This document shows, in pieces, positions 23,620 through 33,400 of a stretch of DNA of 43,799 nucleotides. A program made the translations under genes and the position numbers. Every line of letters begins with the position of its first letter. The stretch's first letter is position 1. Below the pieces are notes generated by a model. That model had not been told where the DNA came from and made no database searches. It saw only the letters and a list, made by a program, of their open reading frames with translations. The DNA is from an uncultured bacterium (GTDB lineage Bacteria > CG03 > CAZUQH01). The DNA lies in the NCBI GenBank assembly GCA_964622465.1, contig CAZUQH010000005.1:1-43799 (forward strand), in the 5' to 3' direction.

Positions 23620-26178
23620 CTACCTTATTATTCCAAGTTTTCCGATAAATCTCTTTTGTCCTTTCGTCAGAGTGTCGTCCTTAGCAACGAAAATATAGAG
23701 ACCGCTTGCAACTGCATAACTATTATCATTTGTCGCAGACCACTGGAACTCTCCTATATCGTCTGCCTCAAGGTTATATCGCACAAGTTCTCCTGCAATA
23801 TTGTAGACGCATATCTGCGTGTTCTCGGTCAGATTCGTAAATATGATACCTGAATGCGGGTCCTCTGGAGAATATAGCCGGCCAGTTTCATCCTTTCCAT
23901 CATACGGCCGCCAGGGGTTGGGATAAACTACAACATTTGACAGGTCGTCTGCAGCTTGCCCGCGTGCCAGGAGACAAAAAATTGAAAGATACCGGACCTC
24001 GGCTCTGACGACGCCGGTATTGATATCCGGCTCATTAATTCCTCCGTCGCGAACTTCTTCCCAGTAACAATTTTCTTCGTTCAGGCGGTAAACCCTCAAC
24101 CTTGATACTTTCACAGGATGCTTATCTCCTTCGGAATAGTCAAGTATGCCGTCCCTGTTTTTGTCCGCAAAAGGTATTGATATTGTGAACAACTCATTGT
24201 TCAGCCGGTCAGGTTTGCCATCACGATTTGCATCCCTGTATATACTTGTTTTGCCTGCATCCGTAGCTGAGAACGAAACTATAGTGTTTGAAATATCCGA
24301 CACATCTTGATTTTCCTTGAGAAGCACAAGTTTACGAATCCCTGATGCGCCGGAATTTGCGGTTTCAATTGCCTTGTTCGTGTCACTAAGAGATTCTTGC
24401 TTAGATATTTCAACGCGGTTACATATTGAAACGACTGCCTGAGCTGTTGGCAGAGATTGCGCGGGAATATCCACTTCAATTCCTGTATTCTCATCCTGTG
24501 CGCCAATTCCGCGCGAACCCTTCCTTAAGAGCGTCTTCTCATGCGCCTGTGCCCTGTACCCCGCAACACCCAATGCTGACTTTGAAATGGTCGCTTTCGT
24601 CCAGTTCCCGTAAAATGCCATTATGGTGAAGTAGAAAGACGGACATGTTTCGCCATAATTGATTGAAACGAAATCTTCCTTTGTGCCGGGATAGGATGCA
24701 CGCAGTCGTCCCGATTTTGTTATGTCTTCCACCTGTCCTGCAGCGGTCACCTCACAGGTGGAGGTTAGAACAACATAGTGATGAGCGGGGCCAAGCGACT
24801 GAGAAGAACCAGGAGAAGTCCAGCAAAGTTCAACCATCCCTGTTTCATTTGCGGGAGATGTTTCAAGGTTAGCAACACCTGCCACATCCGAAAGCAATTG
24901 CCAATCAGGCAGGCGACCGGAAATATCCGGTGGAACACACATTATATGTTTAGAGAGTGCGGTGGTGGTTCCATCTAAAAGACAGGCAATTTTGTAGTAG
25001 TAACTGACATTGTTGGTAAGACCGTCGTTTACCCATTGGTAACCACCGGTAGAATAAACAAGCGCGTAGTTTTCATCAGGAGCCGTACTGCTTCTATAGA
25101 TGAGAAAATTACTTTGAGTTACGAAAGGATTTTGTTCCCATGTAAGGGTGACAGTTTGGTCTGATGCGGAACCTTTGAACACAAGAATCTGTTCCGGTAG
25201 AATTTCATCTACTGTTGGCACACCCCAGAAATCATACATATGGAGCACCCCTTTACCATTGTCCCTGACAAGCACTTCTCTGTATGGTTGTCCAGGAAGA
25301 GGGTCTGGCTCCGGAGTTTCTCCGCTTATGTAGTGGTAGCGGAGTGGTTCATGCTCATTTATTGGAAGAACCAGCATAGTTTGATACTCTCCACCGCTAC
25401 CAGAAAGCAGTAACTTCTTCTCGCCCATTAGAGGGTCTTGCTCCCAGTAAAGTTTCTCTTCCGGAGAGGCGTTTTTCTTGGTTAAATGAAAAACCACAGT
25501 GAGATATGGTCCAGGCACACCCCATGCGACATTTGAAAATTCACTCATAAGGAAATTATCGTACGCATCCACAGTCCTCATCTTGTAGAAATAGGTAGTC
25601 CCGTTTGTGAGGCCTGTGTCACTGTAAATGGAGCCGCCAACAAGTGTAGTTGTACCATTTACAAGGAGATAATTTGAACCATTGGTACTACGGTAGATAA
25701 GGTAACCCGCAATATCAAGAATCTTTTCTCCACCGAATGTTGGCTCAGTCCATTCAAGCGAACAGGTTGCGCTTGAAGGCACCACGCGCAGGTTTGCCGG
25801 CGGTCGCGGAACGCCTGACCAGTTATCGTTAACCGTAAGCGAAGTTACGCCATAGGGAACATAGACAGAGCGCACCCAGGTGACCTGCTCCCAGAGTTTC
25901 TTCGTCTCTCCTGCTACGGTTGTGTACTGGGCGGTGTATTTGTAGTAGTATGTCAAGCCGGGCTGAAGGTAGCGTACCGCCTCGTAAAGATTGTCGGGTC
26001 CGAGAGACATAGGGCAGGCAGTTACTTCCCAGTTGCCGAGGTCGCTACCTGCACCGGTGATGTATTTCTGAACAGACCGGAATGGTTCTTTCTCACCTGC
26101 GGCGAGCGGGCGCACCAACCCCATTACAAGCCCGCAAGTAAATAGTATGATGAGTGGTTTCAATTTATACGCACCCAT
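23620..26178 (-). CDS. non-catalytic surface glycan-binding-type protein (CBM20-like + FN3 repeats) with T9SS type-A-like C-terminal sorting domain
   Basis: Start ATG 26178 (MGAYKLKPLIILFTCGLVMGLVRPLAAG). FN3 signatures (LEWTEP...GYLIYRS...GTTYFYKMRTVD; LTWEQNP...FLIYRSS...VSYYYKIA). Two DxNxDG calcium-loop-like motifs (DANRDGKPD, DKNRDGILD). C-terminal VVYPNPWRPY...ICVYNIAGELV...SGLYIFVAKD...GKLGIIR. Confidence 0.7.
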   Translation of the reverse strand: MGAYKLKPLIILFTCGLVMGLVRPLAAGEKEPFRSVQKYITGAGSDLGNWEVTACPMSLGPDNLYEAVRYLQPGLTYYYKYTAQYTTVAGETKKLWEQVTWVRSVYVPYGVTSLTVNDNWSGVPRPPANLRVVPSSATCSLEWTEPTFGGEKILDIAGYLIYRSTNGSNYLLVNGTTTLVGGSIYSDTGLTNGTTYFYKMRTVDAYDNFLMSEFSNVAWGVPGPYLTVVFHLTKKNASPEEKLYWEQDPLMGEKKLLLSGSGGEYQTMLVLPINEHEPLRYHYISGETPEPDPLPGQPYREVLVRDNGKGVLHMYDFWGVPTVDEILPEQILVFKGSASDQTVTLTWEQNPFVTQSNFLIYRSSTAPDENYALVYSTGGYQWVNDGLTNNVSYYYKIACLLDGTTTALSKHIMCVPPDISGRLPDWQLLSDVAGVANLETSPANETGMVELCWTSPGSSQSLGPAHHYVVLTSTCEVTAAGQVEDITKSGRLRASYPGTKEDFVSINYGETCPSFYFTIMAFYGNWTKATISKSALGVAGYRAQAHEKTLLRKGSRGIGAQDENTGIEVDIPAQSLPTAQAVVSICNRVEISKQESLSDTNKAIETANSGASGIRKLVLLKENQDVSDISNTIVSFSATDAGKTSIYRDANRDGKPDRLNNELFTISIPFADKNRDGILDYSEGDKHPVKVSRLRVYRLNEENCYWEEVRDGGINEPDINTGVVRAEVRYLSIFCLLARGQAADDLSNVVVYPNPWRPYDGKDETGRLYSPEDPHSGIIFTNLTENTQICVYNIAGELVRYNLEADDIGEFQWSATNDNSYAVASGLYIFVAKDDTLTKGQKRFIGKLGIIR

Positions 26179-26338
26179 TCCATTCTCAATGTCGCACAAC
26201 AAATACACGAGCGAAGCATCTCACTTTAGCACGGGCAAACCCGTGCCTACAAATGTGCCGCCAGACACATTTTTCTTAACGCCGCACGTGCCTCTGGTAC
26301 GAGATTCTTCGGCTTCGTCTCAGAATGACAGCGACCCC

Positions 26339-27394
26339 TTATGTTTCGTCTGTCCTGGGTAAATACACCCGTGTTATCTTACCCTGCACTTTGTATGGAT
26401 ATACCCTGCCATCCTCGTCCGCAGGTGTCAGCCACACCAGATGCCCGTGCTCGGCAACATAGTCCCAGTCCATATGTTCAACCTTGAAATAGACCGGAAT
26501 CTTCTCTGCTGTCCTCCCAGATGCCATCTGGGTATAGGTATCAGGTGAATCCGTAGCCAATGGACCTACCATTGCAAGGTTAGCGTCCACTACATTTGCG
26601 TTCGTAGTTCCCTTGTAGCAGTCAGAAGATGTCACCACATAGTAGTAAGTGTTACCGAGAATCAAGTTGGTGTCATCCCACTGTTGACCATAACCGGCAG
26701 TGCTGTAGACAATCTCATAGTAGTCAGTCGGCGATGTTGCCTTGTAAACATAGTACTTTCCGCCTGCGATTACATCCACCGGCTTGAACGCTTCATTGAT
26801 GGTACCCCAGTCGCTGTTCCACGACCATGACAGCCGTATAGTACTGGTAGCCAGAGGAACTGCTTCAACACTTGACGGTGCGATTGGAGTTGATGCCCAG
26901 TTGCAATACACAAAGTACTTACTGATGTCCTGTGGTATCTCCACTTTCCTCCGTGCGTCTCCGCCTATGCTGATGTAGGAACCATTGCCGTCGTCAGTTA
27001 CTGTCACTGATGACTGGGATGTGATAAACGCCTGGTCACCGCCTTCTGTTGGCACACAGTCGTAGTAAGTTGTCTTGGTCAACAAGCCGGTCGGTGCCCA
27101 TGTATCAGGTGACACTGCAAAGAACATGAAGTTGTATTTTCCGCCTGGTACCAGGCCAATCTGGTACTGGTAGGTGCCGTCACCAACCGGTGTCATTGTT
27201 GCCATCTGGTCATTTGTCATATCGGCACGACCTGGCTCATTCCATGCGCTGATGCTCGTCCCTGACTGGATACAGATTTTTTTGGTCAGGTCTCCATACT
27301 CTCCGCCAGCGCCAGAACCGTCAAGCGCAAAGCTCGTGGATGCCGCAAGAATTCCAGCCAGACCAAATGCTGCAACTCTCAGTAGTTTGTTCAT
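26339..27394 (-). CDS. secreted protein that is a free-standing copy of the C-terminal repeat module of the 2611-aa GH13 protein
   Basis: Start ATG 27394 (MNKLLRVAAFGLAGILAASTSFA) behind AAGGGGGTGG. Blocks shared with the giant protein: DGTYQYQIGLVPGGKYNFMFFA, YYDCVP, GGDARRKVEIP, YCNWASTPIAP, VDVIAGGKYYVY and IPVYFKVEHMD. Confidence 0.75.
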   Translation of the reverse strand: MNKLLRVAAFGLAGILAASTSFALDGSGAGGEYGDLTKKICIQSGTSISAWNEPGRADMTNDQMATMTPVGDGTYQYQIGLVPGGKYNFMFFAVSPDTWAPTGLLTKTTYYDCVPTEGGDQAFITSQSSVTVTDDGNGSYISIGGDARRKVEIPQDISKYFVYCNWASTPIAPSSVEAVPLATSTIRLSWSWNSDWGTINEAFKPVDVIAGGKYYVYKATSPTDYYEIVYSTAGYGQQWDDTNLILGNTYYYVVTSSDCYKGTTNANVVDANLAMVGPLATDSPDTYTQMASGRTAEKIPVYFKVEHMDWDYVAEHGHLVWLTPADEDGRVYPYKVQGKITRVYLPRTDET

Positions 27395-27482
27395 AATTAC
27401 CACCCCCTTTCTTTCTGGATTTTTCCAGTTACTCTGTGTTTCACTCACTTCAGTCACCTCCTTTCCTTTCTATTAGCAAGTC

Positions 27483-30400
27483 CTACCATATCTTGACACT
27501 GACCCCAGTGCCATATATTCTTCGGCCGGGAGCAGTATTGCAGGCAACGAATATTTTTCTGTCGTCAATATATTCCACTTTGAAATATACAGGTCTCTTT
27601 TCCTCGGGCGTTGCGCTCGCATCACAAAAAGAAAACTCGGGTTCTCCTGTTCTGTATAGATTCGGTATTTGCATCTTCGTTGAATCACCGCAATAAGCAT
27701 CTGAGGAAACGAGAACATAAAAGTATTCCAGCCCTCTGACCATGCCGAGATTATCGCCAGGATTGTTCCGGTCATCGTCAACCCACTTAAAAACGCCGGA
27801 TGTAGAAGCCCACAGTACATATGGGCCTGCCTCGCTTACACTTGAGCGCCAGATATGATAAGCACCACCAGCAATAACATCAATTGCTTTGTTTTGCTCT
27901 CCTTGCTTTCCCCAGTAGCCATAAGGAACCCAGCCAATCCTGACAGAATATGAACTCATAGGATTTGCATAAAGCTCTGGTTCTTGAGGTGCTGCAGAAA
28001 AATTACACAAGACATACAGCGTTGTGCCACTGCTCAAGTTATCTGGAACATAGAGGAGGCGCCTGCTGTCTCCTGTCCCACCTACCGTTCCAAACCATGC
28101 TTTTCCGGGTTGTGTGACACTTACCGTAGAAGTTGACACAAGCATCCCTTCATCACCACTATTCGGCACTGTGTCATAATAAGTCGTTCCTGTCTGGATC
28201 CCTGATATGCTAAAAGTTGAATATGCAAACAGGATAAAATTATAGGTTGTTTGAGGGATAAGATTTACGGAAAATTCAAGCTCATCTGGATTTCCGGGGG
28301 GAGAGACCATATTTACGGCTCTACCGCTGGGAGTGAGATTTGACCTTCCTTCTTCGTCCCATGAAGAAACGGTCTTCCCCTCCTGAAACGCGATGGATTT
28401 TCTAACGCTTCGCCAGGTTTCGTTTGCATTGCTATTTACACGGATTTTTGTGACAACATACGAAGAGGTGGGGTATGCACTTACAGTAGAAGAAAGAACG
28501 CTATAATAATTATCGCAAATGCCACCGGGCGGACCCTTGAATGTGTCGGAGGAACGCATGAGGAAATAGTAGGTCACGCTATTTGTAAGACTATCAAATG
28601 TTTTAGAAAGAACAGAACCAGAAACTGTCGCTGTCAGTTTGTATGATGAAAAATCTCCTGGAGTATAAGTCGTCATGTAGATGTGATAAACGCCACCACA
28701 AACGACATCGGCTGCCTTCATTGCTTCGCCTGCACTTACAGGCACATTGTCAATAACAGTTGTCCATTCTCTACCATACGGCTGAGACCAATATAGAGTG
28801 ATTTTTTCGTTTCCCGGGACAGGTTGGATGTAAGTCGGTGCAGTAGGAGTTGACGCAAAATTTGCAAACACAAACCAGGTTGAACCATCCGGAAGAGATG
28901 AGGGAACCTGAATGACCCTGCGTGAATCCCTGTTTGCACTCACTCTGTCAAAATAACCTGTCTGGGGACCGGAAATAGAAGTAGAGGATGTAGAAACACT
29001 AAAGCAGCAGTGAGTATCGCCAGGAACCACATCATAATATTCCGAGTTTGCCTTAAGACCCTCAGGTGGCGTATTTGTCGTTTCTGCAAAAAATATGAAA
29101 TTGTAATATTCTCCCTTAAGAAGCGGAACTACTGTGCGGTAAGTTCCATCGTCCTTGTTTGCATCCATTTCCTTCTTGCCGTTTGTAACATTCGCTCTAT
29201 CACCTGAACTCCAAACAGATGTCTGTGTTGACGACATAACTGCAAGATATAGTTTTATTTTGCTTGAATCGCCCCATGGAGAACTTGAGAGACCCGCCGA
29301 ATATGGCACACCGAAATTGACATAAACCTGCTCACCCAAATACGCAGAAACAACTGTACCTGTTGTGCTTTCCAATTCAGGACTTCCGGAATCGCAAGAA
29401 CGAATTAAGAAACTATAGGTTGTGCTGGAATTTAGGCCCATAACAGTATATGGTTGTGAATAGCTGACTGGAGTTGAATTTACCTTGATATCAGGGTCCC
29501 CAGTACCATCGTTCCTGTAAATATTATAGCCAGCCAGGTCTTCTGCAGTTGTGTTCCTGTCCCAGTAAAGATACGCTTTACTTACTCCTGGATACACGGT
29601 AACACCTGATACTTCATCCGGGTTTTCTTCCCAGTTTCCGGAAACAGTTGTAGACGAAGTCGGTATAAGATATTCCCTTCTCCCTGAATTCGTATCAAAA
29701 TTTTGCTCTTTTGTTTCTAAGCAATTATATCCATATCTATATTGTATTGTTGTCCCTGAAATCATACCGAGTTCAATCTTATAAACATTTGTCACGCCTA
29801 TCCGTGTCATCGTACTTCCAGTGGTTAAATAAAGCGGTTTAGTATTTCCAATAATCGCAACATCTTCTGAGTTGATATTTCCAACATCAACTTTGAATGT
29901 AATCGGAACGCACCTTGCATAAACCTGTGTTGCACCAGAAGCATTCCCTGACGAATCAACCGCTACTAACTTGTAATAATAGGTTGTCTCCAAAGACGCA
30001 CCTGAGTCAGCATAGTATAATTCCACAGGTGATATAAGAGTGTCATTTAATTTGTTTGATTCAGAAGTGCTAAAACCAGATACAGTGGACCTGTGCAGAT
30101 TATAACCAGCGATGTCTCCCTCTGGATTCGGGTCCCATTCAATTCTTATTCCATCAAGACCATGCGTCCCCAGACCAAATACCTCAAGCCCTGAAGGAGA
30201 TTCAGGTGCCTGTGTATCTTCTTCTCTCGGATAATCAGAAACAACGGAAGAGTAAGAACTTTTCTTTTCTCTTCTGTCAGTCGCGCTGATTTTGTAATAG
30301 TAGGTGTTGTTACTAAGCAGGCCAATATCAACAAGATTTATTGCTTCTTTATCTCGTCTCGCTATCTCTACAAAACCTTCAGATGAACTGTATGAGGAGC

Positions 30401-33400
30401 GGAGGATAGTGTAGTAACTCAAATCTGGTTCTGCATTCTTTGTCCAGAAAACAGTAAGTTGGTTTGGTCCTGGAATTATTCCAACGCCACCTGGCGTTCT
30501 TGGAGGCCTGTCATTGTAATATCTCCAGACATTTGCTAATAACATTTCGCCGTTGCCTTCATCAATAATCTCTACATCAGGGACACTATTGTCTGTGAGT
30601 TCACCACGGCTTGAATCACTCAAGGAACCATCCAGAAATGCGTAACCAGCACTTCCTTCCCATATATCGTTTATTAGATATTTGTACTCAAGAAATGTTG
30701 TGTCATCAAATTCAAAAGTTCTCTGAAATGTCCCGTCACCGTTGTCCTCAAGTGGAACCTTTCCCCAGTAATCATTACTGAAAGCTAAAGCACCACCAGC
30801 AATAGTTACTGAACTTACACTTAAACCGCTATCTCTCGTATCAAGCCAGAAAGTTACTTTTATCGCTCGTGGAACAACAACAATTTCATTTGAAAGTGCT
30901 GACTTGTTCCCATTTCTGTCAACCGCACGAACGCGATAGTAGTAGGTCGTACCATTCTCAAGACGGTCATAGACATTGCCATCTGAGTCGAGTTTGCCAT
31001 CCAAGTTATTATCGTAAAAAAACGGCTTGAAGACCTCAAAAATTGGCTGTGGGTAAGAGTAATCTGGAATTGGTTGCCTGCTCCTGTAAATCAGATATGT
31101 TTGAATATCATCCTCAGTATTTTCCTGCCATGATAACATCACCGCCTGGTCCCTCGGTTTGGCGCTTAAGGATTTTGGTGCAGAAGGAGCAGTGTTGTCA
31201 ACTGCAAGAGTAAAATCAACGGTGTTATCACCAGGAGAAATTGTTTCATTTTTCCTATATATCTCATAACCAGGAGCCCATGCTTTTATTGAATGGTCTC
31301 CAGTGAGAACCCTTTCTATTGAATAGTTTCCGCCTGAATCTGCGGTTGTCGTCCAGTGACTCTTTCCGTCAACATCAACGATTGCATTTGGAACATTTAC
31401 AACACCAGAGACCGTTCCAGTGCTGTAACCGTTTTTAATCAAGATTCTTCCATAATGAGAATTGACCTGAATTGAAGAAATATTACCAATAGCATCTGTA
31501 TTAAATGTTTCGTCAGTAAGCCAGTCCTTATAAGTAGTGTTTTCATCACCTGTTCCAGCATCGTTCAGAGTTACATTACCGTTTGAGCGATTCATCATAA
31601 CAATTGCTTTCTGTCCCCAGCCGGTCCTGGAGAAAACAACAACATCCCCATCGTACTGCCCTCCGCTATACCATCCACGACTTTCTTTTTTAGGGTCGCC
31701 ACGAAGAGCGGGAAAATTTGCTCTTCCGTGAATTGTTTTCTTTAAGGCGCCTCTAACCTGGGACCAGGTAGAATCATTCAAACGACTCCAGGGCATAGGC
31801 CTGACATTTCCATCTCTATCCATTTTTGCTGGCTGGTTTCCATCATACGGTCCTTCCAGACCAAGTTCTCCACCATAGAAAAAGATTGGTGAAACACCGA
31901 CAGTAAAAGCTGTCATATAACCAATCTGCTGATGCCAGGGCGAATTGGATGACTCATCTCTACCACGGCTGATAAATCTTCTTTCATCGTGGTTTTCCAT
32001 CATTATTGGATTTATTGACCACTGGTTCTTGTTTGTTATCTGTTCATTATCAAGACCATTCCTTAAATCAATTGTACTGACTCCACCTCCTATCCCCCTG
32101 TCATAACCTGTCCCTGGCATTGCCCAGGAACTAATCCAGTACTCTCCTCCATTCTTATAACCCCCGCTTTTCATGTCCTCACCGCCGTGTATCATTGGTC
32201 CGTTGTCTCCTGTGAAATAATTGTTCCAGTAAACCCCTTCCGGTATTTCGCCCATTATGAATAATTGAGGGTCCCAGCGGTCAGTCAACTTTCTAAGTGC
32301 AAGGTTAAATTCTTTGTGCTCAAAACCATTTCCATATTCAGGAGGTGTATCATTCCAGAATTTTGGATTATCGTATCTGATTGCATCGCACATTGAGAAA
32401 TACCAGATTAAATTATTCAACCAGAAAGCACGTGCCTCTGCAAATTCCTGGATAGTTCCCCATCCGAATTGCTCCTGTCTGAAGAAATCAGGATTTTTTC
32501 TTGCTGTCGGAGAGTTCTTGCTTCCAACCTGACCGCAAACCCAGTCAACCATAACTTTTATATTATGATTATGGAGCGTCTTTACCATTTCAATATATTT
32601 AGAAGTTCTGCCAAACTTTGTTTCCTTCTGATATGCATCATCAATATTAAAACCCCAGATTCCTCCACCGAATTCTGTTGGAGGACCAAAATAAGCCATG
32701 TTTATTCCAAGGTCATTTAAGTAGCCAACTTTATCAATTACTCCTTGAAAATCGCCGCCATAATCATTGGTATCATTTATATCGTCATTTGAAGTATCGC
32801 CGTTATACCAGGCGTCAATGAACATGTTGTACAGAATATAATCAAGTGCTGATGGTGGAGCAGGAGAAATCCCTGCTTCTGGAGGTTGTGGCTCATCAGG
32901 AGGAGGTGTAAAATTCGCTTTTATTCCTCTTGCATCTGTTACTACACCTCTTGTTGAAAATGTTACAGAAAGATAATAATCAACAACCTTGTCCTGAACC
33001 TCAGTCCAGGTGTTCGTTCCAGAAGAAGTAATAACATCAACAATGTTTGAATTGTCCGCATCCCATTGTCCAATAGAGCCATCAGTTCCACCTTCGTTCC
33101 AGAAAGTTGCCACGGTAAAATTCACACTCTTTCCAAGGAATTTCTCTTTCCCGCCGAGTTTTTCAAGAGGCATCGCAACTTCATAAAAATAATTGTTATT
33201 GTTTTCCGAATATGCGCCGTATCTTGTATCTGTAAATAGCGAGTTTTGTGCACGCGTAATATCATTCCCTGTCACAACTTCAATAATCCACTCCCATGGG
33301 ACATCACCGGATACATAAGAATCCTCATATTGATTGTCCCTTCCTCTGAAAACTCTTTCAGTTGAGGCAAAGTCATTGTCAATCATAATCTGAACGAAAT

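Noticed and set aside
26229-26246. Hairpin GCACGGG-caaa-CCCGTGC as terminator of the 351-aa gene
   Set aside because: A good 7-bp stem, but no U-tract on either strand. It lies 93 nt past the stop and 51 nt before the next start. Its function cannot be assigned and it is unrelated to the GGTC..GCGCC repeat family.
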